Assembly: GCA_965217185.1 (NCBI GenBank)
Contig: OZ244252.1
Span: forward strand, 3,360,001-3,424,000
DNA: 64,000 bases
From: an uncultured Candidatus Entotheonella sp.
Lineage (GTDB): Bacteria > Tectomicrobia > Entotheonellia > Entotheonellales > Entotheonellaceae
Direction of reading: 5' to 3'
Shown here: positions 31,700 to 41,601 of the stretch, piece after piece
How positions within the stretch are numbered: position 1 is the stretch's first letter
How the letters are laid out: each line of letters opens with the position of its first letter
The notes under the pieces: generated by a model
The model's input: only the letters and a program-made list of their open reading frames with translations
Database searches by the model: none
What the model was told of the DNA's origin: nothing
Translations under genes and position numbers: made by a program

Positions 31700-32020
31700 A
31701 TGGACGTGGACCAATTCATCATACTTGAAGCTCAGGTTGAGCGATTGCTTTTGTCTCATGACCGTTTGAAGCGGGATAACAAGCAGTTGAAGACCGAGAT
31801 CAAGCAATTGCAGACCGAGATCGGGCAATTGCAGAGCGACGTGTCAGTCCGGGAAAAGCGAATTACCGGTCTGCAAAACACGCGGGAGAGGTTCACGCAA
31901 TTGCGTGCGATTGTGCAGGATCTGCAACAGGAGCGGTTTGTCGTGCATAAGAAGCTCCAGGAGTTGCTGCAGATTGTTGAGCAGCTTGAAAATTCCCCTC
32001 AGAGGCGTGAGACAGGCTAG
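31700..32020 (+). CDS. Coiled-coil protein, ZapB-like
   Basis: Continuous heptad pattern (QLKTEIKQLQTEIGQLQ), directly upstream of zapA. Confidence 0.65.
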   Translation: MDVDQFIILEAQVERLLLSHDRLKRDNKQLKTEIKQLQTEIGQLQSDVSVREKRITGLQNTRERFTQLRAIVQDLQQERFVVHKKLQELLQIVEQLENSPQRRETG

Positions 32021-32046
32021 GATTCAGGCAAACGAAGGGGTTCAAT

Positions 32047-32337
32047 GTGGCAGAGGACGTTGTGGTCGAGATATTCGGACAGACGTTCCGGCTTTCTGCC
32101 GGGGCAGCGGAATTCGACTACATGCAACGGTTGGCAGCGCATGTCGATGAGAGAATCCGCGCTATCGCTGACGTGAGCCCGTCCGTATCTTTCAATCGTT
32201 TGGCCATCTTGGCTGCCCTCAACATTGCCGATGATCTCTTCAAACTCCAGGATGACTTAGATCATGCTTCGCAACTCATTGACGCGAAGACCGACAGGCT
32301 CATCGCAGCGATCAAACAACAACTGACAACGAACTAA
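32047..32337 (+). CDS. zapA: Cell division protein ZapA
   Basis: VEIFGQTF, LAAHVDERI, LAILAALNIADD. Confidence 0.92.
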   Translation: MAEDVVVEIFGQTFRLSAGAAEFDYMQRLAAHVDERIRAIADVSPSVSFNRLAILAALNIADDLFKLQDDLDHASQLIDAKTDRLIAAIKQQLTTN

Positions 32338-32464
32338 ACCCTGGTCACCCCTCAGCCGCTGACCGCCCTTGATCCGTTGAGAATGTCCTCACTCTCCGTA
32401 TGGAACCACATTTCCCTCCGCCCGCATAACGGCTTGTAATCAGCCAAGACGTCAACAACAAACC

Positions 32465-33040
32465 ATGCTCACCAAAGCGCAGTTGCGTGAATCGTGCCTA
32501 GCTCGACGAGCGGCCCTGACGATGGCGGATTGCCGGCAAATGAGCGCCGCAATCGCTAAGCATATTTGCGCCATGCCGGCTTTTCGGGATAGCCAGACGA
32601 TCATGCTATACATGGCGTTGCCGCAGGAAGTGCAGACCGCGGCAATCCTCACGGAAAGCCGCCTTCAAGGAAAGCGGTTAACGGTTCCCGTCGTAAAGCC
32701 GTGCGGACTCGTTGCCGCGGCCCTACCGACGGGCCAACTCCAATTCCAGCCGGGCCCCTTTGGCATTCCTGAACCTGCCGTCAGCACTGCGGTCATATCC
32801 CCTGAAGACATCAACTGCGTGATGGTCCCTGGCATCGCTTTCGACCGCCGCGGCAGGCGATTGGGATTCGGGAAAGGCTATTACGACCGCTTCCTGTGCC
32901 GGCTCCCCGCCACGACGCACGTGTGCGGTTTGGCCTTCTCGCTGCAGATCGTCCACCATGTACCCGACATGCCACACGATGTCCGCATGCAGTCACTGGT
33001 AACCGAACAGGGCGTGCTGCTTTGCGAGGACACCCGCTAA
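32465..33040 (+). CDS. 5-formyltetrahydrofolate cyclo-ligase
   Basis: FGIPEP, VPGIAFD, RLGFGKGYYDR, HDVRM..VTE. Confidence 0.95.
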   Translation: MLTKAQLRESCLARRAALTMADCRQMSAAIAKHICAMPAFRDSQTIMLYMALPQEVQTAAILTESRLQGKRLTVPVVKPCGLVAAALPTGQLQFQPGPFGIPEPAVSTAVISPEDINCVMVPGIAFDRRGRRLGFGKGYYDRFLCRLPATTHVCGLAFSLQIVHHVPDMPHDVRMQSLVTEQGVLLCEDTR

Positions 33041-34041
33041 GCCGGACGCGCCGCCACCGCACCGCTCAGAGTCTGCTGCAAGTGGACCAACAGGCGCTCA
33101 AAGACAAGCTGGGAATTGACGTTCATGGCGAGGTAATGGCGAAGCTGCTCAATGAGGTCACACGTGTCGAGCAGCCGTTCATGCGTCAACTGGCGTGCCA
33201 ACCCACTCAATTCCGCACGCACGTCCTGATTATAAAGCGGTGCCGCCGGAGCGACTTTAAGCACCACCATGTCCCGGCATAGAAGCTCGAGCCATCGCAA
33301 CAACTCTTCGCACTGTTCCCGTCTGCCGGCAAACTGTCTCGCCTTGCCGAAAAGACTGGGATCCTTGGCGCCCAACGCATCGGACAGCAGGGTATACGCT
33401 GCCTGCCGTTTGGCGAGTATCTGCGCGGGCTCCGTTTCCGCAAGCGCATCCAGACTGCCTTCCACCAGCGAAGCGGCGGCCTTCGCGGTCTCGGTATCCA
33501 CCCCCCGTTGCGCAAGAATGCTCGCGATGTGTTGCGGGATAAGGGGCTGAAAAGGCAAAAGTTGGCAGCGCGAAATGACGGTCAGCGGCAGTGCCTCCTT
33601 CCTGCCGGTCAACAACAGCAGCAGCGCATTGCCGGGCGGCTCCTCCAGCGTCTTCAAAAGGGCGTGCGACGCCGGGAGCGTTAGCAACTCACACCCGTCG
33701 ATGATAATCGTGGTGCGCTGGCTTTCGTACGGCTTATAGCTGAGGCGATTCTGGATCATGCGAATGGCTTCGATCCTGATCGAGGCGCCCTCCGGCTCGA
33801 TCAGCAGCACATCGGGATGGTTCCGGCTGGCGATCTTGTGGCACGTTGTGCAAGCGTCGCAGGCATCGGTGGTAGCAGCGGTGCAATACAGCGCCTTGGT
33901 GAATTGCAAGGCCGCGAGTTTCTTGCCCGTGCCGTTAGGTCCATAGAACAGATAGGCATGCGACAAACGATCACTTTGCAGCGCTTTTCGCAACCGCGCG
34001 ACGGCCCGTTCCTGTCCCAAAATACCCTCAAAACTCACCAC
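33037..34041 (-). CDS. holB: DNA polymerase III delta' subunit
   Basis: HAYLFYGPNGTGK, C..C..C zinc module, HPD, LLKTLEEPP, SRC. Confidence 0.93.
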   Translation of the reverse strand: MVSFEGILGQERAVARLRKALQSDRLSHAYLFYGPNGTGKKLAALQFTKALYCTAATTDACDACTTCHKIASRNHPDVLLIEPEGASIRIEAIRMIQNRLSYKPYESQRTTIIIDGCELLTLPASHALLKTLEEPPGNALLLLLTGRKEALPLTVISRCQLLPFQPLIPQHIASILAQRGVDTETAKAAASLVEGSLDALAETEPAQILAKRQAAYTLLSDALGAKDPSLFGKARQFAGRREQCEELLRWLELLCRDMVVLKVAPAAPLYNQDVRAELSGLARQLTHERLLDTCDLIEQLRHYLAMNVNSQLVFERLLVHLQQTLSGAVAARPA

Positions 34042-34188
34042 CGCTCCTTGTGCTCTGTAGGCGGAAATGTCGCTAAAGTATCACGGCGAACCGGCTTCTG
34101 CCATCCCGACGCGCGGTGCTCCGCAGGTAAGGATTACGCCACGCAAACCGCCCCAAGATGACCGTTAGGAAATTGTTCATCACCGTCC

Positions 34189-34216
34189 TTGCGGTTGAAA
34201 CGCTGACGAGTATAAT
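34189..34216 (+). promoter_or_regulatory. Putative sigma70 promoter for hrcA
   Basis: TTGCGG-16 nt-TATAAT. Confidence 0.55.
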
Positions 34217-34262
34217 GGCGCATTCTTCGCCTTTGAATTCATCGTGGCAGGAAGGTGTACGT

Positions 34263-35318
34263 ATGCCTCAGACGCCAGAACCCGAAGTCTTGGATGGGCG
34301 CACGCAAAGCATTTTGACGGCCATCGTGCATTGCTTCATTCAGAACGCCGAGCCCATCGGTTCTCGGACGATATCGAAACGCTTCGATTTCGGCCTGAGC
34401 CCGGCAACCATCCGCAACGTGATGTCCGACCTCGAGGACCTCGGATTCCTGGAGCAACCGCACACCTCCGCAGGACGCGTCCCCACCGACAAAGGCTATC
34501 GATTCTACGTCAATCACCTAAGTGACCTCGATGTTCTCAGCAGCGAGGATTCCGCTCGTATCTCGCAGCGCTACACGCTTTATCGCGGCGAAGTCGACGA
34601 GGTGATGGCGGAAACCTCCCGCCTGCTCTCGGATGTCACGCAGTACGCCGGGATGGTCCTTCGCACCTTCACGACCACGATTTTCAAACGCATCGAGCTT
34701 GTCAAAATACGCGACCAGCAGGTCCTGGCGATTTTCGTCATGGAATCCGGGATGGTCCAGAACAAGCTGATCATGCTCGACGACGAGTTGAGCCAGGACG
34801 ACCTGCATCACATCTCCAATTATCTCAATCATGAGTTTGCCAACCAGCCGCTGCGCGAAATTCGCCGCCAGGTCCTCGAACGCATGCAGGAAGAAAAAGC
34901 GCAATATGACAACCTCGTCCGGCAGGCGATGCACGTGGGCGAAAAGACGTTTGCCGACACCGTGGAAAGCGAGAGCGACATTTATCTGGGCGGCACAGTC
35001 AACATTCTGGATCAGCCCGAATTCGCCTCGAATGTCGATCAGATGAAGGACCTCTTCGCGGCGTTTGAAGAAAAGAATCGGTTGATCAGCGTGCTCGACA
35101 AGTGTCTTGAGGAAACCGGCGTGAATGTCGTTATCGGCTCGGAAACCCCCTTCAAGGATATTCACAAGTGCAGCTTCGTAACCCATACCTACACCTATGC
35201 CGACCGCACGATCGGTGTCCTCGGTGTCCTCGGTCCAAAACGCATGGCCTATCCGCGCGTCATGGCCGTCGTTGATTACACCGCACAACTCGTCAGCAAA
35301 ATCCTCACCCAGGGTTAG
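34263..35318 (+). CDS. hrcA: Heat-inducible transcription repressor HrcA
   Basis: EPIGSRT, LSPATIRNVMSDLE, QPHTSAGRVPTDKGYRFYV, LGPKRMAY. Confidence 0.97.
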   Translation: MPQTPEPEVLDGRTQSILTAIVHCFIQNAEPIGSRTISKRFDFGLSPATIRNVMSDLEDLGFLEQPHTSAGRVPTDKGYRFYVNHLSDLDVLSSEDSARISQRYTLYRGEVDEVMAETSRLLSDVTQYAGMVLRTFTTTIFKRIELVKIRDQQVLAIFVMESGMVQNKLIMLDDELSQDDLHHISNYLNHEFANQPLREIRRQVLERMQEEKAQYDNLVRQAMHVGEKTFADTVESESDIYLGGTVNILDQPEFASNVDQMKDLFAAFEEKNRLISVLDKCLEETGVNVVIGSETPFKDIHKCSFVTHTYTYADRTIGVLGVLGPKRMAYPRVMAVVDYTAQLVSKILTQG

Positions 35319-35379
35319 CTGATCCTGACCTCTGATGTCCCCACCTTAGCTGCGGCGTCTCCCTGAAATCCTCCAACTA

Positions 35380-36333
35380 TTGGAACCGGTGGCCTGGATG
35401 CAATGGTGGAATGTTTACGTGCAAACGCCGGCGCATACAAGCGATGCGGTTAGCGCCTACCTCGATCGCCTGGGTTCGGCAGCGGTAATCATCCATGAGC
35501 ACACCACACTGTCGGCCTGCCGGGAACCCTGCGTGGACAACACGCTTTACACTCGGGGCTCGACAGTCCTGCAAGCGGCATTCGCGGGCCACGAAGAATT
35601 CTTGCCACGGCTTGCCGCCTTGCAACGATTCATGGCCACCGGCGCCGGGGCCGAAACCGCCCTGCCTTGGGCCTTATACTGCTGCAAGATGAGCGACCAA
35701 CGATACCTGACCCAATGGCAGGAATTCTTTCATCCTTTCTGGGTGGATGACCGTTTGCTCATCCGTCCGTCCTGGGACACCTCACCCATGGCGCACGACA
35801 AGGCATGCCTCACCATTGATCCGGGCTTGGCCTTCGGAACCGGCACGCACCCAACCACCCGTATGTGCCTGGACATGCTGGCCGACTACGCCCCGCAATA
35901 CCAAGGCGGTGATCTTCTTGACGCGGGCTGTGGCTCGGGTATCCTGTCGCTGGCCGCGCTAAGGCTCGGTTTGCGCACCGCAATCGGCGTAGACGTGGAC
36001 CCCCAAGCGGTTGCCGTAGCGGTCGACAATGCCGCGGCCAATGACCTGCAGAAACAGGTGCAATTCATTTCCGGCTGGTGCGACGCTGCCGCCGGGCCAT
36101 TCGACATGATTGTGGCGAATATCTTTCTCGGGCCGTTGGTCGAGATGATGCAAACCCTGCGCCGTCGTCTGAAGCCGGGAGGCACCCTGATCGCGTCTGG
36201 AATTATCGCCCCCCAGGAAGCCACGTTGACGGCGTCGCTCAAGGCAGCCGGACTGGGTGTTTGCTCCCGGATACTGACAGACGGCTGGATTGCCTTGGCC
36301 GCCCAACCTGTCCGGGATGCGTCGGCAAAGTGA
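35380..36333 (+). CDS. prmA: Ribosomal protein L11 methyltransferase
   Basis: IRPSW, IDPGLAFGTGTHPTT, DAGCGSGILS, IVANI, SGI; start uncertain (TTG 35380 or ATG 35398). Confidence 0.93.
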   Translation: MEPVAWMQWWNVYVQTPAHTSDAVSAYLDRLGSAAVIIHEHTTLSACREPCVDNTLYTRGSTVLQAAFAGHEEFLPRLAALQRFMATGAGAETALPWALYCCKMSDQRYLTQWQEFFHPFWVDDRLLIRPSWDTSPMAHDKACLTIDPGLAFGTGTHPTTRMCLDMLADYAPQYQGGDLLDAGCGSGILSLAALRLGLRTAIGVDVDPQAVAVAVDNAAANDLQKQVQFISGWCDAAAGPFDMIVANIFLGPLVEMMQTLRRRLKPGGTLIASGIIAPQEATLTASLKAAGLGVCSRILTDGWIALAAQPVRDASAK

Positions 36334-36346
36334 GCTCAAGAATCGT

Positions 36347-37090
36347 ATGCACCGCGCGTATGTAGCCCCGGGAATTCTTGACGAATCCATCATATCGCTA
36401 CCGCGCGATACAGCCCACCACGTCGCCCGCGTGCTGCGGTTAAGGGTGGGCGAGCAGATCGGCCTGTTCGATGGCAATGGCCGGGAATGTGTCGTTCGTC
36501 TGACACATGTATCGGCCGGTCTTGTTCAAGGCGAGCGGGTGGCCCTGCTGGCGTCGCTGCCGCCTTGCAACAACGTTGTCGTGCTAGGGCAGGGACTTCC
36601 TCAGGGTGCCAAGATGGACTGGATTGTCGAGAAATGTTCCGAGTTGGGATTGTCCACGCTGGTGCCTCTCCACACGGAGCTGTCCGTGGTGCGGAGTATT
36701 GGCCAGCGCATGGCCGAGAAAATGGCCCGTTGGCAGCGTATTGCGGCAGCAGCAGCCGGACAATGCGGACGCCGAACGCTGCTCGAACTCGGAACTCCGT
36801 CATCATTGGCTGATTTCTGCGCTCGCTACAACGCAGCGCCCGTTAAAATCATTTGCTGGGAGCAGGAAAAATCGTGCGGCATCCGGCAGGTGCTGGAGGC
36901 TGGAGACGATCGGTACCCCATTGCCGTTCTGGTCGGACCGGAAAGCGGGTTCACCGCAGACGAAGTCGCTGTAGCCAAGGCGCACGATTTTGTGTCGGTC
37001 AGCTTGGGGCCACGCCGTTTGCGCACCGAAACTGCGGCCGTCGCCGTGACCGGCATCATCCGCTACAGCCGCGGCGAACTCGATCCCTGA
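36347..37090 (+). CDS. rsmE: 16S rRNA m3U1498 methyltransferase
   Basis: HHVARVLRL, EKCSELG, QCGR, VGPESGF, LGPRRLRTETA. Confidence 0.95.
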   Translation: MHRAYVAPGILDESIISLPRDTAHHVARVLRLRVGEQIGLFDGNGRECVVRLTHVSAGLVQGERVALLASLPPCNNVVVLGQGLPQGAKMDWIVEKCSELGLSTLVPLHTELSVVRSIGQRMAEKMARWQRIAAAAAGQCGRRTLLELGTPSSLADFCARYNAAPVKIICWEQEKSCGIRQVLEAGDDRYPIAVLVGPESGFTADEVAVAKAHDFVSVSLGPRRLRTETAAVAVTGIIRYSRGELDP

Positions 37091-37100
37091 GGAAGATGGA

Positions 37101-38672
37101 ATGAAGCAAATCAAGCGCGCCCTCGTCAGCGTGTCGAATAAGGAGGGCCTTGTCCCCTTTGTGGAGCAGTTACGGCACTACGATATTGAAATTCTGTCCA
37201 CCGGCGGCACCGCTGCCGCCTTGCGGGACCACGGCATTCCGGTCGTGTCTGTGGAGGACGTTACCGGCATGCCGGAGATGCTCGGCGGCCGGGTCAAGAC
37301 CCTGCATCCCCGCCTGCACGGCGGGATTCTCGCCCAACGCGACAGGCCCGATCAAATGGCTGACGCCGTCTCACACGACTTGCCGCTCATTGATCTGGTT
37401 GTCGTCAACCTCTACCCCTTCGAGGCCATGACGGGAAACGGCGACCTCTCTCTGGATGAAGCGCTCTCCTACATTGACATCGGCGGCGTGGCGATGCTGC
37501 GCGCCGCCGCCAAGAATTTCGCGGACGTGACGGTAGTTTGTGCGCCGCACCAGTACGATGAGGCGTTAGCGGACCTGCAACAAAACAACGGTGCCACCAG
37601 CCTTGCCCTGCGCCAACGATTGGCCCTGGAAACGTTCCAGCACACGGCCGCCTACGATGCCGCCATCAGTACCTACCTGCACGACGCGGATTCCTCCGAA
37701 GCCGAGGCGTCCCCCTTCGCCCGGCAGAAAACCCTGGTTCTGCGTCGGGAACGCGCCCTGCGTTACGGCGAAAATCCGCACCAGGGCGCGGCATTGTACG
37801 CCTCCACACCGGCCGTACGTCCAAACCTGATACAAGCCCAGCAATTGCACGGCAAGGAACTGTCGTTCAACAATCTCGCCGACGCCGATGCCGCACTGGC
37901 GGCCGTGCAGGAATTCGACAATCTGGCGGTGGTCATCCTGAAGCACCAGACACCATGCGGCATTGCCGTGGCGCCCACCGCCGCCGAGGCGTATGAACGC
38001 GCCTACGACACCGATCCGGACTCAGCTTCGGGCGGCGTCATCAGTTGCAATCGGGAAGTAGACGCCGCCATGGCCGAGGCCATCGGAGATCGCTTCCTGG
38101 AAGTTCTGCTGGCCCCCTCGTTTCACCCGGATGCCCTGCCCATCCTGACCCGCAAGCGAAACCGCATCCTGCTGGCCTGGGGAATGGAGTCCGACGCTGC
38201 AGGCGATCAAAGGCCCCGGCGCCAGTGGCGTAGCATCGCCGGCGGCGCCCTGATGCAGGACGTTGACCAAGCCCTCCTGACCCCCGAAGATCTGCGCATC
38301 GTCACGGAACGCCAACCCACCCCGGCGCAAATGCAGGCGATACTGTTTGCCTGGAAAGTCGTCAAGCACGTCAAGTCCAACGCCGTCGTCCTGGTGCGCG
38401 ACACCCAGACGGTCGGTATCGGCTCCGGGCAGATGAGCCGCGTGGACGCCAGCCGCATGGCGCTGATGAAGGCCCGCAGCAGCACGAAGGGGTGCGTGGC
38501 GGCGTCGGACGCCTTTTTCCCTTTCCGCGACGGTGTGGACCTCATCGCCGAAGCGGGCGTCGAGGCCATCATCCAGCCGGGCGGCTCCGTGCGCGATAAG
38601 GAAACCATCGCCGCGGCCAACGAGCACGGCATCGTCATGGCGTTTTCCGGCGTGCGTGCGTTCAGACACTAA
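37101..38672 (+). CDS. purH: Bifunctional AICAR transformylase / IMP cyclohydrolase
   Basis: ALVSVS, STGGT, GRVKTLHP, LRYGENPHQ, KSNA, SDAFFPF, QPGGS. Confidence 0.98.
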   Translation: MKQIKRALVSVSNKEGLVPFVEQLRHYDIEILSTGGTAAALRDHGIPVVSVEDVTGMPEMLGGRVKTLHPRLHGGILAQRDRPDQMADAVSHDLPLIDLVVVNLYPFEAMTGNGDLSLDEALSYIDIGGVAMLRAAAKNFADVTVVCAPHQYDEALADLQQNNGATSLALRQRLALETFQHTAAYDAAISTYLHDADSSEAEASPFARQKTLVLRRERALRYGENPHQGAALYASTPAVRPNLIQAQQLHGKELSFNNLADADAALAAVQEFDNLAVVILKHQTPCGIAVAPTAAEAYERAYDTDPDSASGGVISCNREVDAAMAEAIGDRFLEVLLAPSFHPDALPILTRKRNRILLAWGMESDAAGDQRPRRQWRSIAGGALMQDVDQALLTPEDLRIVTERQPTPAQMQAILFAWKVVKHVKSNAVVLVRDTQTVGIGSGQMSRVDASRMALMKARSSTKGCVAASDAFFPFRDGVDLIAEAGVEAIIQPGGSVRDKETIAAANEHGIVMAFSGVRAFRH

Positions 38673-38696
38673 CCCAGCGAAACGAGGCATCTCACC

Positions 38697-39983
38697 GTGA
38701 AGGTCCTTGTGGTAGGCAGCGGCGGCCGCGAGCACGCCCTCACCTGGAAGCTGGCCCAGAGCCCCCAGCTCGACGCCCTCTACTGCGCCCCCGGAAACCC
38801 CGGCACTCGCGCCCTGGCGCGCAACGTCGCCATCGCGGTCGACGACGTCGCGGCGCTGCGGCGCTTCGCCCGGGAAGAACGGATCGACTTGACCGTCGTT
38901 GGCCCGGAAGCACCGCTGGCCTTGGGCATCACCGACGCATTCGAGGCCGATGGCCTGCGGGTATTCGGCCCCACGCAAGCCGCCGCCCAGCTCGAATCCA
39001 GCAAGATTTTTGCCAAGCAGTTCATGCTGGAAGCCAGCATCCCCACCGCCGACGCGGCCTCCTTCGACGACCTCGCCGCTGCCGAATCCCACGTCCGCCA
39101 CCACGCCGGGCCGCTGGTCGTCAAGGCCGACGGCTTGGCCGCTGGAAAGGGCGTCACCGTCTGTCAGAACCAAGACGAGGCGCTCCGGGCCGTGCGGCAG
39201 GCCATGCAGGAACGCATCTTCGGCGACGCCGGACGCCGCGTCGTGCTGGAGGAATTCCTGGACGGCGAGGAGGCTTCGTTTCACGTCCTGGTGGACGGGC
39301 GGAACGTCGTGCCGCTGGCCACCTCGCAGGATCACAAACGCGCGTACGACGGCGATCAAGGCCCCAATACCGGCGGCATGGGCGCTTACGCTCCCGCGCC
39401 CGTTGTCAGCGAGGCCCTGCATCAGCAGATCCTCGGCGACATCGTCATGCCGACGGTCGGCGGCATGGCAGCACGCGGCATGCCGTACCGCGGCGTTCTT
39501 TACGTCGGCTTAATGATTGTGGAAGACCGCCCTTACGTTATAGAATTCAACGCACGCTTCGGCGATCCCGAGACACAAGCCCTGCTCATGCTGCTCGACG
39601 ACGACCTCCTGCCGCTGCTCGACGGTGCGGCACGCGGGCAACTGGGCAACACGCACGTGCAATCCGTACCCGCCGCCGCCGTGTGCGTCGTCATGGCATC
39701 GGAGGGCTATCCGGGCTCGTATTCTCGCGGCCTGCCGATTACCGGCATCGAAGCCGCGGCGAATCAGCCGAATGCGTGGGTCTTTCATGCCGGCACGGAC
39801 GAGCGGGACGGGTACTTGGTAACCAACGGCGGTCGCGTGCTCGGCGTCACCGCGCGCGCGGCCGGCATCGCCGAGGCGATTACCGAGGCGTACCGGGCGG
39901 TCGAGTGTATCCAGTGGCCGGGCAGACAGTTCCGGCGTGACATAGGACGGCGGGCGCTACAGCACGTTGCATCCGCCAAGTGA
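38697..39983 (+). CDS. purD: Phosphoribosylamine-glycine ligase
   Basis: GSGGREHAL, VGPEAPL, KADGLAAGKGV, QDHKR, NTGGMG, EFNARFGDPE. Confidence 0.98.
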   Translation: MKVLVVGSGGREHALTWKLAQSPQLDALYCAPGNPGTRALARNVAIAVDDVAALRRFAREERIDLTVVGPEAPLALGITDAFEADGLRVFGPTQAAAQLESSKIFAKQFMLEASIPTADAASFDDLAAAESHVRHHAGPLVVKADGLAAGKGVTVCQNQDEALRAVRQAMQERIFGDAGRRVVLEEFLDGEEASFHVLVDGRNVVPLATSQDHKRAYDGDQGPNTGGMGAYAPAPVVSEALHQQILGDIVMPTVGGMAARGMPYRGVLYVGLMIVEDRPYVIEFNARFGDPETQALLMLLDDDLLPLLDGAARGQLGNTHVQSVPAAAVCVVMASEGYPGSYSRGLPITGIEAAANQPNAWVFHAGTDERDGYLVTNGGRVLGVTARAAGIAEAITEAYRAVECIQWPGRQFRRDIGRRALQHVASAK

Positions 39984-40376
<393 letters not shown>

Positions 40377-40448
40377 AAAAGCCCTCCGGGGATGAGTCGT
40401 TCCGTGTAAGGGCATGCCGTCTGAGCCTCGGGCACCGTTCTGACGTGG

Positions 40449-41588
40449 ATGAGCATGAGAAAATCCCGATTACGACTCTGCGTATTCCTGCTCTTGTCCG
40501 TGGTCATCCACGCTCACCTGCCGTTGTTGTGGCGTTTCATGCCATCGTATGACCCGCCGCCGGTTCCCGTTGCCGTCCGCTTTATGGAGATACCGCCGGC
40601 CGCCGTGCCTGAATCTGTCCAAACGCCACCGGAAAATTTGGACTCGGAACCGACCCCGGAAAAAGGACCCGAGCCCGCGTCCGTACCGCCCGGACAGGGT
40701 GGTCTGGTCGTCGATCTTGCCGAGCCGGTACACCAGGAGCGGCCCGCTGAAGCACGGATTGTGTCGCGCTACGACAGCAAGGCACAGGATGTCGGGCCCG
40801 GAGAGGACGGCACGAGGAAGCCGTCGGGACAAAATCCCCCCGACATGCCACCGGAACTAAACCTCCCAGAGCGCTACAGCGTGCAGGGCGCTACCCGGCC
40901 CCGTGACCTACCGGCGCCATCACAGCCGCCGGCGCCCCCCACTACCGTTGCACGGTTGGTTCCGCCGACTTCCCGGCAACCCGTCATGCCCAAGCCCGTG
41001 GAAACCCCCAAACCGACTTCCGAGCAGCCGCGTCCTTTGATCGTGAAGCCAATGCTGCAAGATCCTCGCTACCAGATGACCCTTCAGGAAGAACTTGAGA
41101 TGCTACGGCGCCAGCAGGAGGCGGCGGGCATGACGGAGCAGGACGTGCAGCAGGCTATCGGCGAGCATCTGGCACTTCTGGACGAGCACCGCCGTCTGCC
41201 CGGCTTCGACGCGCCGGGCGTTTACGAGGCGGGCCCAGAGCAACCCGGCGAAGGCGGGGACAACCCCGGCCAGGGCGGTAAATTCCGCTCCATCGCGTCG
41301 TTCGGCCTCAAGCACGTGTCGTATCTGCTCGTCATGCAGCGCCAGATCGAGCTGATGTTCAGCATCCCGTATCTCGTCCCGGATCGCCCTGTCGGCGTGC
41401 CGATCGTCGGCTTCACCGTGCAGCGCAGCGGCGAGTTGAGCGAAAGCGTCCTGCTGCGCTCGTCAGGCTACAAGGAAATCGACCAGGCGCTGCTCAAAGC
41501 CGTACGGCGCGCGGCGCCCTATCGCCCGTTTCCCGATCACCTCACCGACTCGTCCATCAGCATACGGGTCTTTGCGCACGCATCCTGA
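40449..41588 (+). CDS. TonB/TolA-family protein (TM anchor, Pro-rich linker, TonB C-terminal domain)
   Basis: N-terminal SVVIH transmembrane motif, Pro-rich middle, RSSGYKEIDQALLKAVRRAAPYRPFP. Confidence 0.8.
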   Translation: MSMRKSRLRLCVFLLLSVVIHAHLPLLWRFMPSYDPPPVPVAVRFMEIPPAAVPESVQTPPENLDSEPTPEKGPEPASVPPGQGGLVVDLAEPVHQERPAEARIVSRYDSKAQDVGPGEDGTRKPSGQNPPDMPPELNLPERYSVQGATRPRDLPAPSQPPAPPTTVARLVPPTSRQPVMPKPVETPKPTSEQPRPLIVKPMLQDPRYQMTLQEELEMLRRQQEAAGMTEQDVQQAIGEHLALLDEHRRLPGFDAPGVYEAGPEQPGEGGDNPGQGGKFRSIASFGLKHVSYLLVMQRQIELMFSIPYLVPDRPVGVPIVGFTVQRSGELSESVLLRSSGYKEIDQALLKAVRRAAPYRPFPDHLTDSSISIRVFAHAS

Positions 41589-41601
41589 CGGGGCGGAAAT
41601 C

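Noticed and set aside
32338..32464. 6S RNA expected between zapA and the cyclo-ligase gene
   Set aside because: The gap is only 127 nt and I could not find the long irregular hairpin; an Rfam search would be needed to exclude a short variant
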